64,000 nucleotides of DNA from Neodothiora populina (Eukaryota). Position 1 is the stretch's first letter; each line of letters opens with the position of its first letter. The stretch is from the NCBI RefSeq assembly GCF_041146345.1, contig NW_027191413.1:2666001-2730000 (forward strand). Direction: 5' to 3'. Below, piece by piece: positions 50,811 through 63,267 of this stretch. The notes beneath the pieces were generated by a model that searched no databases, was not told where the DNA came from, and was given only the letters and a program-made list of their open reading frames with translations. The translations under genes were made by a program, and so were the position numbers.

Positions 50811-51770
50811 ATGGGAAACCCGAGCGCGAAGAGAATACGCGAAGAAGGCGTCGGCTTCCGAAGACCGGCCAAAAAGATCCGTCGCAACTTCAAGAAACAA
50901 AAGGGCTACCACAGTTCCAGCGACGAGAGCGACGATGATGTCCAGACGCAGTCCAGAGACTTCAAGCCTGTGAGCATGGAGGAGTCGGATGATGAGGGGG
51001 ATGGACCGGCCAAGGCTCCTGCTCCGACGAAGAAGTCTGTTCTCAAGCCCGCGCTGAAGCCGACAACCAAGAAGGCCGTTGCTGAAGCTTCTGCTCCTGA
51101 GAGCGAGGATGAAGAGGAAGAGGAAGAGGAGGAAGAAGACGACGGCGACGACGATGATGATGATGACTTGGTAGAGGACTTGGATGATCTAGAAGACATG
51201 GACGACGAGCCCGACCTTATCGACGAAGACGAGATCGACCTCAGCGACTCAGAACGTGCGAACGGGTCCAAGAAACGCAAACGAAACGACCCCACCGCGT
51301 TCGCCAATTCCATGTCCAAGATTCTGTCCTCGAAACTGTCTACATCGAAGCGTCAAGACCCCGTGCTGTCGCGAAGTGTCGACGCCGCCACTGCGTCGAG
51401 AGAGACGATAGATGCACGGCTCGAAGCCAAGGCCAAGCGTCAATTACATGCTGAAAAGAGAAAGGCAATGGAGAAGGGACGAGTCAGGGATGTTTTGGGT
51501 CTCGAGTCGACCGACGTCAGCACTTCAGAGATCCAAGAGGCAGAGCGACGCTTGAAGAAGACCGCGCAACGCGGTGTGATCAAGCTGTTCAACGCTGTCA
51601 GAGCAGCTCAGGTCAAGAGCGAACAGGCGAGAGCCGAGGCGAAGAAGGAGGGTGTAGTTGGAATGTCACAAAGAGAAGAGAGGGCCAGCGAGATGAGCAA
51701 GCAGGGCTTCCTCGATCTCCTTGCCCACGGAGGAAAGAAAGCTCCTGCTGCGACTCCCCAGGAGGCTTAG
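50811..51770 (+). CDS. RRP15: Pre-60S processing factor Rrp15
   Basis: Acidic N-terminal half; AFANSMSKILSSKL, PVLSRS, TAQRGVIKLFNAVRAAQ, MSKQGFLDLL. Confidence 0.92.
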   Translation: MGNPSAKRIREEGVGFRRPAKKIRRNFKKQKGYHSSSDESDDDVQTQSRDFKPVSMEESDDEGDGPAKAPAPTKKSVLKPALKPTTKKAVAEASAPESEDEEEEEEEEEDDGDDDDDDDLVEDLDDLEDMDDEPDLIDEDEIDLSDSERANGSKKRKRNDPTAFANSMSKILSSKLSTSKRQDPVLSRSVDAATASRETIDARLEAKAKRQLHAEKRKAMEKGRVRDVLGLESTDVSTSEIQEAERRLKKTAQRGVIKLFNAVRAAQVKSEQARAEAKKEGVVGMSQREERASEMSKQGFLDLLAHGGKKAPAATPQEA

Positions 51771-51802
51771 TTGATTCTGTTTCTGTGTTATCATTACACA
51801 AT

Positions 51803-52834
51803 TCACGAGCTTGCGGCTCTGCTTGCCTTGCGTATGGCAATCATGCTCTCGGCATCTCCCGACTTGTCGTCCAGTGCTGCCGCCTTTTGCAAGAGCTGTA
51901 TCGTCTTCTTGATCACTTCCGCATCCACCCCTCGCACGTTGTCGCTGAACTCGACCGTCTTCAGCCACGCCTCCGCGTCTTCTCTTGAGTACTCCATTGT
52001 GCCTGTGATGTGTTCCACCGACTCCTCGCGGTTGTCTCGGAAGTACCCGACTCCCTTGTTCAGCTTCTCCGCCATGTCCTCGAGCTTGTTGTCCGTTGCC
52101 TCTCTCGCCGCGATCATCCAGCTGGGCCACGGCGTATGAATGTCGCCCACGCGCCTCAGCTCGCCATTATCGTAGAACTTCTTGGTAGTGAAGTGCTCCC
52201 ACATGAAAAAGTCGGCTTTGTCGCCGTCGTTGACACCATTCCGTAGCGCCCTAAAGTCTCCCAGGGGCACGACGTCGAAAGGCGACTTGGACGAAGACAG
52301 CCAGCCAGATTGGTCAGCGAGCACATACGACATGACATAAGACCCGCTCCCGATCCTGGACACGCCCACTCGTCTGCCCTTCAGCTCCGACTTGTCATTG
52401 ATTGAGCTCTTGTTCCCCACGCTTATCGCCCAGCACAGCGGGCTGTCGACATAGGTGCCCGCGAGCTTGTACACCGGCGTCTCTTTTGCCGCGTTTGTCT
52501 TGCCCAGATCCGCCACGAAGCCTTCTGTCAGGCCGATTGCGACATCGATGCTGTTGTCTTTTAGTGAAGACGTCAGGGCGCCGGTGCCGGTGGGGAAAGG
52601 TTTCAGGTCGGCATCGAGTCCGAAGTGTTTCTTTGCGAAGTGAAGTGGGGTCGAGAAGTGTTCTGCCGTCTTGCGATCAGCAATTGCTTGTTTGCTACTC
52701 TTGTCAAGGAGACGATACTTACCGGGGATGAATCCTATCCGCAATCTCTCCCCCGAAGTCATTCTTGGAGTCGTCGTGGAAAAACTGCGTCTGCCGACAC
52801 TTGCTGCGTTGTCAAGGATCTTCTTAGAAAGCAT
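51803..52834 (-). CDS. Type-2 periplasmic-binding-fold protein (Ca3427/SsuA/NMT1-like) with possible mitochondrial presequence
   Basis: LRIGFIP|EHFSTPL, GTGAL, DVAIGLTEG, SPLCWAIS, GVSRIGSGS, DFFMWEHFT, TPWPSW; 60-nt intron 52722-52663. Confidence 0.85.
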   Translation of the reverse strand: MLSKKILDNAASVGRRSFSTTTPRMTSGERLRIGFIPGKYRLLDKSSKQAIADRKTAEHFSTPLHFAKKHFGLDADLKPFPTGTGALTSSLKDNSIDVAIGLTEGFVADLGKTNAAKETPVYKLAGTYVDSPLCWAISVGNKSSINDKSELKGRRVGVSRIGSGSYVMSYVLADQSGWLSSSKSPFDVVPLGDFRALRNGVNDGDKADFFMWEHFTTKKFYDNGELRRVGDIHTPWPSWMIAAREATDNKLEDMAEKLNKGVGYFRDNREESVEHITGTMEYSREDAEAWLKTVEFSDNVRGVDAEVIKKTIQLLQKAAALDDKSGDAESMIAIRKASRAASS

Positions 52835-53145
52835 ATCCGTCTGGCGGTGGGGCTTGTACAGTTGATCTGGATTCTTCGTTCGGGAACTGTAGAGAGAGTA
52901 ATATGTGGAATTTTTGGGGACTGCTGTAATTACATAAAAGCATTCCCCCGCTGCGCAAGTAACAATGTGGGGAGGCAGGTGCATGTTGCATATCCATCGA
53001 CGACGTCAGTGTACAACTGCACATCACAGCATAAAAGCGTGCATATTTATGAATCCAAATGCCAACATCACATGCAAGTCGTCTCGTTCTTGACTCCAAT
53101 ATTGTTCCATCCCTTGTTCGTTTGTGTCTCGAGACGTTAGTCAAC

Positions 53146-54695
53146 ATGCCTCCTCGCTTGACCTTGAAGTCTTTCTTACAGCAAGCGAGGCACACTCTCA
53201 AAAAAGCTATCGAGAAGAAGGATAGAGTGACGTTTGTCATAGGCAATGAATCTGCAGGTGAGTTGGTATGATATATCACTTCTGATCCTCTTCATACTTG
53301 GTCACGAAGTGCAAAGAAAGATCGGACAGGATGTAGATGAATTATAGAGTGTGCGTGTTCTGATCTTGCCAATCACAAGACCTCGATTCCATAACAAGTT
53401 CCATCATTTATGCATACCTCCAATCCACCGCCAGTAGCAAACATACAAAACCTATTCTCCACATCCCTCTTCTGAACATCTCGAAAGCGGACATTTCGAT
53501 CCGACCAGAATTACTTGCTTTACTACCCTACGCGGACATCCCACGAGATCATCTCATCACTTTAGATGATCTACCTTCTGGAACATCTTCTGCTTCTGAC
53601 CTCAAGTCTCATCTACCGCCCCAAAACACCGGCTGGATCCTCGTCGACCACAATGCTTTCCAGGGTACACTAGGGTCAGTGTACTCGGACAGCGTCGTAG
53701 GATGTGTAGACCATCACGTCGACGAAGGCAAGGTTCCAAAGTCGAGTGGCGACGAGCCGAGAATCATCGAGACGAGCGGCAGTTGCTCGAGTCTTGTGAT
53801 AAACCATTGCCGCCGCTCTGTCTGGGACCAGCCATATTCAGACACCGATGCCTCATCCTCACACGACCAGCCAAACGAGAAGACGGACGAATGGGAATCC
53901 CAAATATCCCATCTCGCTCTTGCGTCCATCTTGATAGACACACGAAACCTGCAAGACGCATCCAAAACGACCAAACACGACAGAGACGCCGTCGAGTTCT
54001 TGTTATCGAAGCTCTCCGCGCCTGCATTCGACAGCGCGTCCTTCTATAACAAGCTCGACGCCGCAAAGCGAGACACGAAATCGCTTTCTCTGAATGGCAT
54101 GCTAAGGAAAGACTACAAGCAATGGACTACTGCTGCCGGTGCTGCCGGTGCTGCTGCTGCTGCCGCCTCTTCGTCTTGTGGGCCTTCAACTCAAGCGATA
54201 CTGGGTATAAGCTCCACAGTGCAACCGCTCTCGTATCTGGAGGAAAAAGCCCTCACAATGCCCACGGACACAGAGACCTCATCGTACTCTCGCCCCTCCC
54301 CCTCATCTCCTGACCCCGGATCCGAACCCTCGTCCTTTAAATCCCTCGTCTGCGAAGCAACCTCCTTCGCAGTGTCCAAACACCTCTCTCTCTTCGCCAT
54401 AATGACAGCCTTCGAGTCTTCATCCACGTTCCGGCGCGAGTTATTCCTGTTGAGCACAGACGCTGCTGGCGCTGACGCGGCGAGGAGCTTTGAGGAGGCT
54501 GATGCTGAGAAATTACGATTAGTCGAATCGAGTCCTGGTAAAGTGGGCGACAAAGAAGAGAGAGATGAGAAGAGCGATGAAGGAGAGGGCAAGGGCCAAG
54601 TGAGAGTCAGGATGTGGAAACAGGGCGATGTGAGCGCGAGCAGGAAACAGGTTGCGCCGCTTTTGAGACGGGCGTTGGAGGAAGTAGAGAATTAG
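53146..54695 (+). CDS. PPX1: DHH-family exopolyphosphatase
   Basis: VIGNESA|DLDS, LVDHN, VDHHVDE, GSCSSL, ILIDT, LRKDYKQW, SRKQVAPLL; one intron. Confidence 0.95.
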
Positions 54696-54742
54696 ACTCG
54701 ATAGACGTGATGGCAAAATCAGAGAATGGTCATGTGATAGGA

Positions 54743-54938
54743 TGAGTGTATTGTCATCTGAGGCGTCAACCCGTCAATTGAGTTGACTGTTGTCTGAGTG
54801 AATGTTTATCTGAGTGTGAATTGTCATCCGAGGATTTGTTTGTCATCTGAGTGAAGTGTCATCTGAATGTCTTAAGACTGAGTGAATCATCATTTGAGTG
54901 AATTGTTGTTGGAGTGAAGTGTAGTCTGAGTGAAATAT
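54743..54938 (+). repeat. Degenerate ~16-bp minisatellite (TGAGTGAATTGTCATC-like) between the convergent PPX1 and ARO80 genes
   Basis: TGAGTGAA / TGTCATCTGA recur about a dozen times. Confidence 0.75.
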
Positions 54939-55143
54939 CACTGTCATAGAACAAGTTAGAGATTAGAGTAATAGAATAGGTAAGCAGCCGACAAAATCAT
55001 TGCATTCGGTAATATTTCCCTCCGTCTCGCATGCATTCCTCTGCTTTCGCACACTAAACAGCCTTAAGTGTCGACAGAAATCCCACCACCACCTTCGATT
55101 ACAAAGAAAAAAGAAAAAAGAAAAAAAAAGGGAAAATAAAGCG

Positions 55144-58100
55144 CTAAGCTCCCATATTCCCGCCCAGCAAAACCTCGAGCATATCATCACCATCAATAGC
55201 GGGTCCGAACCCCGTCTGCTGCACATTCTGCGCCGCGAAGATGTTATCTAGCGGTAGCGCGAGCCAGCCCTGGTCGCCGCCTCCGCCGCTGTTGCCTGCA
55301 TGAGAGGCGTAGATGCCGTCTAGGAGCGTGCCGAAGGCGGTCGTGTTTCCATTGCTGTTATTGTTGTTGTCGTTGGAGTAGTTGTAGTAGTCTGAGGAAG
55401 AGGCGGACGAGTGGCCTGGGGGCAGGGGCGGAGGCATTAGCATGAACGAGTTGTCTCCGCTTGCGTTGTTATTGTTGTTACTGTCGTCGAAGTCGAAGCC
55501 GTCGAGAGGGTGAGGTGGTGGTTGTGCTGTCATGACATTGCCGTTGCCGTTGCCGCTGTTGGTCCTGCTGTTATCGTTGTTGCTGGATCCGTTCATGTTA
55601 CTGCCGCGGCTGTTGTTGCTACTATAAGACTGCCAATTGTCGATGCCGTTTGCATTGCCGCGCATACCAGCCGGCCCGCGCTCACTGCCGCCCATTATGG
55701 AAGAACTGGACGTGGCATACATTCCCTGAGGGGCAGGACTTTGGCTCACTGCTCTACTTGCGCCCTGTCCTGACCCTGTCACAGACGCACCGCCAGAACC
55801 AGGAAACCTTTTGAGCGCTTTCGGAACACGTTCGACAAGCAAAGACATGTGTGTGGCGAATCCATTCGAGATATGTACATCGTCGACCACATTGGACCTA
55901 ATCGCGGTCACCGTGCGTTGCATCAGATCCAAAGAGATTGCCATTTCTTTCGAATTGGCTCCAAAGGCAAACGTCTGCAAGATCCCGTGTAGATTAGTAG
56001 ATGAACTACGCACTTTTCATGATATACATGGTGAGAAACGAGTATTGACGAAAAGCTCGCAACAACACTAGACAACGAAAAAGAAAATGTAAAGTATCTC
56101 GGCACACTCACCTTGACTAACACCATCGTCACCGAGATCACGCGAAAGTTCGTCCTCACTGGTACGTGAGTTAGGAACCCGTCAGGCGCAAGCCCGTTGA
56201 CGACAATCTTCAACACGTTCCGGCATGCGTCGATGACAGCGCCCACGTTCTCTCGATCCTCACCGTACCACTGGTTCAGACGATCTGGAGGAATGGCGCG
56301 CCCTTGGTCACCCTCGGCCGCACTATTGTTGATGCACCGTTCAACGACTGCCTGCAATGCGAGCTGGTTCACGCAGACCCGCGAGTGCTCGTACTCGATC
56401 ATCATGATGTGATACATTTGTGGAGGTACTAGTGACCAAGACTTAGCATTGTGATGAGCCGGCAACAGATACGATTTGACTTACTGTGTTTTCGGTAGCT
56501 ATCCACATCCTGCCTCCACTTGGTCAACTGAGGATTGATTTCTTGCAGCAGACTCTTGTATCCGCCGCTCCGTATTATGTCTCTCGTGTACAGTCGATTG
56601 GCATAAAGCTTTTCGTTCCCAATCTGTACCAACCTGGCAAGTTGCAGCCAGAAGTGAACGACGACATCACGAATATCTCGAAAATTAAAGGTTGTTAGAA
56701 ACAGTTCACTCAGGTCAGGGACTGCGTAGCCATGAGGCAGCATTGCAGTGATTCCAAGACGGCCGCTTGTTTGCGTGATGTAGACGAGCAGCATGCTCTT
56801 AACATGTAAGCGACGCTGCTCATAAGTGGCTCTCTGTTCATGCGTCATAATCTTCGCATGCCGTGTAGTGTCGGTGTCGAAGACGCCAATCTCCATGGCC
56901 ACTGACATGGCAATATTCAGGAGCTTCCAGCACATACGATCACTCCTGAAACACGGCTCGATCCACGCCTTGATACCTGACTTTTCGTTGTTTCCGTTGT
57001 AAGAATCACCATCGGCAGGATCTGGAGCCATGAGTTCGGCGTCATCGCCATCTGACGGAAAATGGACGTGTCTAGAGTGCCATTCTGTCAGGAGCATCAG
57101 ACTCTCCACAGACCCTAAAGTCAGAAGTCCCCGTCTAGACAGTGGATTTACATCGCATCCTGCATCTCCGTGCAGAGAGCTTGCATAAACGCCAGGCAGT
57201 TCTCGACCCCACAGTACGCGGTCGATCATGCTCTGCGTGTAGTTCCATAATCGCTGATGGAGAGCAGAGGACCGTCCAAGAGAGGCTTTTGATAACGGCG
57301 TATACCGTGACGCGATCATCAATATCGTCACAGCAAGTAAGGGCTCATTCTCCAACAATTCGCGATGCATCGCCGGTCGACGATAATCAGGGACGCAGAT
57401 GGGAGTCAGCGGACACAGATAGGTATAGAAGTAGTCAATGTACTTGATGCCTTCCTGAGCCGAGAACCAGCCATTTCTGACGAAGCGAAACCGCGACCAA
57501 GCTTGCACAGCGGCGGCAGTCTCTTGTTCATCTGCAGGCATGATACTCGGATCTATGTTCATAGTCGACTGCTTGCTCATGGGCTTGACTCGTTGCTGCT
57601 CTGGGCTTGCGTGTGGTCCAGTCACAGGGCTTACTATAGATTGAGCATAATGATCGAAACTTCCTGTCGGTTTCGAGTCTTGCTGAGCAGCAGCTAGCAG
57701 TACTTTGAGAGCGTCATGACCGTGGTGCAGTTCGGCAGTCTGCAGAATCGCGGCGGTATGATTATTGACCTGCTCCTCGTTCTCAGAATCGCCATAACTC
57801 CCATGCAGACTGGATTGATCAGGGCGACGGAGTGGCTGGTGGCGGCCGACAGACCCACCTGGTGTCAGTGGTTGAGCAATATAAGCAGGTGAATTGGACG
57901 AAGGTCCGGCAGCAGTAGCAGCAGCAGCAGCGTCAAAAGAGCCAAAGTCACTGCCGCCCTCAGTCCGACCATCCTTCAGGCGTTTGCGACCGCCACGAAC
58001 CTCGTAGTCATCTACTTCGACTTCCTCGAGACCAGCACCGGAATCAGCCGCACGCTTCTTCCGTCGAGTGGCGGAAAAGTAACATTCCTTTGCCTCGCGA

Positions 58101-58375
58101 CGACATCGCACGCAAGGTGGTTCATGTGGATGGTCTACCGGACCCAAGTCGCATCGTACCTATGCAAAAGCAAAGCGTCAACAGCCAAGATACATAGTCT
58201 ACACGAATAGCTGACCGCGACGCTTCACACCGGGCGGGGATTTATGACAAACCTTTCGGCGTCTGCAAGGTATGCAGGCTTGGTAGGTGCGGGTATGTGA
58301 TGCATTCGGAGTGACGGACTTATCGCCTGACTGATGTGCATGCACTGATCTGTCGTCAGGAGATGCCATAGCCAT
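55144..58375 (-). CDS. ARO80: Zn(II)2Cys6 transcription factor, Aro80-like
   Basis: RTYQACIPCRRRK|VRCDLGPVDHPHEPPCVRCRREAKEC, middle homology region (VESLMLLTEWH, RSDRMCW), Asn/Gly-rich tail with WLALPLD; three introns. Confidence 0.88.
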
Positions 58376-59311
58376 CGCTGCGGTTTGACGACGACGAGAT
58401 GTGCGCTTCAAGGTGTTGGACCGACGATAGCCGCAAACGACGAGCGGTATCGAATGGCGAATCGGGGTGATGACTCCTCTGTGTCTTGTGGAAGCGTTGA
58501 TTCAGAAATAAAGGTAGTGGATCCAGGCAGAACTACTCGTGATCTTTTTGCTTCTGTATCGTAATGTCTTTTGGCCACGGTGTGCGAATGCGGCGTGGTT
58601 CCAAGATGATCGCGCAAACAGATGTACTACTGTATACAGACTTCCACCATTCGCGACTAAATTCATGCGACAAGACGGAATTCACAAACTAGATACCCCC
58701 GGCTTTTATGGTCTCATAGGCTCCTGCGGTGTACTCGAAGAAGGAAGTACATCGACTCCTTCTGCTTATCGTATTATCTAGCCATTTGAATCGTGTGGAA
58801 AAAGGCGTATCTTATGGTTGCCCACCTTAAGGTAGCCACTGCTGAATGTGATCACGTGCGACAGTATGCGCCGCGGGAAGTTGTCGAGTTCTCGACGGCG
58901 CATCGGGAGATTGACTGTCAAGAAGTCCTGAGAGACGTTTTGATACCGAGGAAGACAAGGCGACAAGTCTCTAGATAAGGTATATCACAGAGGAGCTGTC
59001 AGCAAGACACTGTTCGTGGAGACTCGGTCAGTATTACAGATCGGTGCGAGTAGGTACTTCCATCTGTAGGTAGGTGCACTTGTACAAGTAGGTGGTGCAC
59101 AGACCAAGCATCGCAGAGCGGAAGGCGGTCATTCCTTCCAACTTTGGACCTCGTGGATTTGAGAAAAGTGATGTATTAGAGAAAGAAAGCTGCAATTAAG
59201 TCTATTACCACAACTTGCACGCCATTATCATCAACAAATCACCGGCCACATCCGAGTAGTCAGACCGTCAACTTTTACATCTCAGCCCACACATATCCCA
59301 CAGCCGCAAAC

Positions 59312-59965
59312 ATGGTCAAGCTTGAAGAGGTCCTCGACGAAGAGTTCAACAAGGCCCAGGTTGGTCCCGATGCCGACGAGGACTGGGACACCGACTCTGG
59401 TAAGTAGAAGAAAGACAACTCCGAGGCTCTATCTACGACCGGCTCTGTACATCGAGTACGCCTTGGTCCTGTATATTCGGCGTTTCAGAGAAAAGAACAC
59501 CGGACTGACTTTTTGTTCTCCGGCGCAACCCACAGACTCCGAGATCCTCTCCGATGACGAAGACGACCTCGCCCTCGCCGACGAGTCCCTCGCCGACCGC
59601 ATCTACGCCCTCAAGGACATCATCCCCCCTACCCAACGCAAATTCATCTCCAACACCGTCGCCACCACGACTTCTTGGGTCGGCTCGGGTCTCAAGTTCA
59701 GCGGACAGACGCTGTGGGTTGTGAGCACGAGCGCGCTCTTGCTCGGTGTGCCGTGGGCGTTGGCTTTTGCCGAGGAGCAGCAGCTCGCTGAGATGGAGCG
59801 CGAGATGAAGATGCAGCAGGGCGCTAATGAGGTATGTGTTGAGACCGAACAACTCTTGCCTACAGCTTCTGCCAAACGCGACTCTTATGCTGACTCTTTT
59901 TGCCTTTACAGCTTCTCACCGCCGGTGCAGGCGCTCAGCCCCAAGGCGCAAGCCCCGCTCTCTAA
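59312..59965 (+). CDS. TOM22: Mitochondrial import receptor Tom22
   Basis: MVKLEEV, acidic N-terminus, ESLADRIYALKDIIPP, TM WVVSTSALLLGVPWALA; introns 59400-59535 and ~59832-59911. Confidence 0.96.
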
Positions 59966-60662
59966 GCAACCGCAATAAAAAAAAAATAGAGAAGACGAAA
60001 GAAAAGAGCATGAGAACGCGACCCGCCAAAAGGACTGAGATGAACACGAATATTGCAATGGGTCTACTTCTGGTTATTCTTTCCTTCTTGTGTAAAATCA
60101 TATCCCAGCCCCTCAAACCTCTACTTTCCATCACATCACTCGAAGACTCTCCACGGCATCTTCATGTATAAATAAATATATCAATTCACGTTTTCGCAAT
60201 ACCAAAAATATACAAAGATTCTTTTTGGCCCAACTTACAATTCTCCTGCCTTGTTTCCCCGGGAAAGAGGTAAAAGACGTCACGAGATGACGAATCCGCT
60301 GCTGGAAATGTACAATTGTCCTTGTGTTTCTGCTTTTGGCAGGCTGGAACGTTTCCTGTAGCCCTCTTCAAACGTTTCGAAAGGAGAATACAAGCCTGTG
60401 AACCAGAGAAAAGTTGATGATAATAGTGGTGATGATGGACCAGACAGGACGCTTGTTACTGAATGACCATGATTTGTCGGCCTTTCAAATATGGGATACA
60501 AGCCAGACAGAAAATCTACAACGTCTACTTTTTCTCTTTCCCCAGCAACATTCGTACATTTCTCCATCCTTTTTGCCTAGTCCTTTATTCCTTGTACGAA
60601 TTCCATGCTTCAACCCCCCCCCCCCCCAATGGAATTCCCCTCATGTTTACCCATGAGCCATT

Positions 60663-62244
60663 TTACCTACCACTGCTCTGTCTCCTACTCTTACCCGGCC
60701 TCGACGAGCCTCCGCGACCACCACCTCTACCTCCTCGTCCACCAGCGCCACCACCACCTCTACCACCGCTACCGCCAGACTTCATCTTCCTGACACTGAA
60801 TTTCGAGACATCAGCGGCCGAAGTGGCGTCGTTGCTCTTCGCGAAGCGCTTCTTGCCGCCGAATCCGTATTTCTCGTCGCGCTTGACGCGCTTGTGGTTT
60901 GTGCCTGCGCCGGCGCCGGAGCCGCTGCGGGCTTTGCGGTCTGAGCGGTCTTTTTTGTTCGTGGTGGCTTCGTCTTCGAGGGCGACGTCGAACATGGATT
61001 CTTCGTTTGCGTTCGTGATGTCTGCGCCTTGGCGTTCTGGCAGGAGAGGTTAGTTTTTGATTGCAATGAAGGAAAAGGAAAGGAAAGAAGTAAACGTACT
61101 TCTCTTGAGCAGGTTGATCTTCTCCATCGTGTCTCTCTTCTCCTTGCTGCGCTCCTGCAACTTGGCGACCTGGACCTGCTTGCCGAACTTCTTGAGGTCG
61201 CGCTGTCTGCGCGCCTCGGCCGACGCCTTCTTTCCTGCCGCCTCGTCGATCAACTTCTGCTTGATCTTGCCCATGTGCTCGTCGCTCTTGACCATCTCTG
61301 CGAAATAATCTGCGGGGCGAGAGAAGGCGACGTTTTCTTTCTTCAGCAGTCCTCGTGCGCGATGGGCGGCGTCGAGGGATTGTTTGTAGAAGGCTAGCTC
61401 ACGGGACAGGTCGTCGTCGATGTCGGGGATGTCGACGGGCTCGGCGCTGACGACGACTTGGTTTTCGGAAAATGAGAGCGACGAGGGCAGAGCAATGGAT
61501 TTGTAGGCTTTGAGCAGGGCGGCCGTGTTGTTGATTGTCAGGCGCTGGTGGGGGATGATGTCGCCCTTTTCCTCTGATGCCACGGATTCGAGATCTGATA
61601 GGGCAATGTCTTCTTCGTCTTCGTCGTCCTCGTCGTCCTCGGAGTCGTCTTCGTCCTCGTCTACTTCCATGCCGCCTTGTGCTGGGAGCTCTTCGTCCTC
61701 TTCGTCTTCGGAGTCGGAAGAATCTTCCGCTAACCTTGCAAGGTTGGCCTGTGGTTTGTTAGCAAGACGATTGATGTGTAGTGAATGAGGAGAAACATAC
61801 GGCATGTGTGTCATGTTCTTCATCCTCAGTGTCCCACTCCTCCTCGACAGCATCCATGTCGTCGTCTTCCTCAACCTTGTCCTCACTGGCCTCATCATCA
61901 ACCAGATCATCAATCTTCGTCTCAGAGCCAGATCCAGCAGTAACGGCAGCGGCAGCAGCAGCGAGCTGAACACGCTTGGCCTGTCTCTGCGCCTTGTTCT
62001 TCTTTGCCTTTTTTGCCGGAGGAGCAGCAGCTTTCTTGTCACCAGCCTTCTTCTCCGTCTTCTCAGCAGCCTCGTTGACAGCCTTTTCTAACACTGCATC
62101 CTCGCCCTCGCCCTCGGCTCTGGCTCTCTTGCGCTTTTCCGCATTCTTGACTCCGGCCTTCTGGACTTGTTTCTGGTGCTCGGCGCGCTTGTCGACACCT
62201 TTGTAGTTGTCGAGCGCCGCTTTGAGTTTGCTTCCTTTCGCCAT
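60663..62244 (-). CDS. EBP2: rRNA-processing protein Ebp2
   Basis: DDDLSRELAFYKQSL, RPADYFAEMVKSDEHM, QRDLKKFGKQVQ, KYGFGGKKRF..SND, RPGKSRR; two introns. Confidence 0.96.
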
Positions 62245-62648
62245 GATTTTCTATTTCTGGTAGGAAAGAAAAAGATGAAGATGAATTACTGGACTGTAAT
62301 AATAATCCTCATAGAAAAGAAAAAAAGTTCGAGCACAACTGAGAATGTCGGCGATTCGCCAAAAGTCTGGGGAAAGTTTTGGCGTCTCGTCGGACTAGCG
62401 CTGCTTTTGGTTAGAGAGGGACGGCGTTTAGGTCTTGCTTTATCCCGACCGACCGACTTCTGGTGGTCGGTTGATCGGACCCTTAGTGACAATATGTAAA
62501 TACAAGACCTATACGTACATCTATTGAGACCAATTATTTGCATCGATATCAACTACTGCTGCTGCCAAAGCTGCAATTTTCCAGAACCCAGTCAGTCCGA
62601 TAAACGGGTGTTGGAAAGATTGACAAAGAAACATAACCCACACACAAA

Positions 62649-63267
62649 ATGGCTGCCCCTCCCCCACCTCCTCCACCACCACAACCACAAGACCTGAGCA
62701 TCCAAAAAGGGGGCCCAGACTCACTATCCTCGCCCTCTCAATCATCATTCACAGAGAACACATTGGCAGGGGTGAGTTTCACCATTCCTTGGTCTTCTGA
62801 CTTTCCCATATCCGACAATGATCGAAAAATTAATGAACAAGAACAAGACGTCAGACACGTCGCCCTCGGAACTAGCATCAGCAATCGACGACCTGTTGAA
62901 CCAGTTGACGTCGAAATTCACGAACATATCTTCGGATCTGTTGGGTAAAAGTACTGCTTCTTCTTCTTCTTCTTCTTCTTCCTCCTCCCACTTCCTTTCT
63001 CCCCCTTGCCTTCTCTTACCCCCTGCCCTATCCTGTAGCTCCTTACCATTTCCTTTTTCCCAAGAGACAGAAATGCTAACGCAGACGAAACCCGAAGTGG
63101 ACGACATGTCCCGCAGACTAGACACTCTAGAAGCGACGATCCAGTCGTCGAACAGTAAGGCTACTGCTGCTGGCGCTGGCGCTGGCGCTGGCGCTGATGC
63201 CGCAAGTAGTGTTAGTAATGCAGTCGAGGATGATGAGGTGGTCGGTAGTGGTAAGAACTTTGAGTAG
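62649..63267 (+). CDS. HSBP1-like (heat shock factor binding protein 1) coiled-coil protein
   Basis: ELASAIDDLLNQLTSKFTNISSDLLGK|MDDMSRRLDTLEATI; introns ~62772-62847 and 62951-63097. Confidence 0.85.

Noticed and set aside
52835..53145. Possible TPP riboswitch upstream of the NMT1/PBP2-fold gene
   Set aside because: No CTGAGA plus TGAT..GATAAT..CAGCG signature on the coding strand.
41568..62244. Ribosome-biogenesis cluster (PWP2, RRP15, EBP2) or an ARO80-regulated metabolic cluster
   Set aside because: The genes are interspersed with unrelated housekeeping genes; no shared promoter motif or aromatic-catabolism enzymes were seen.
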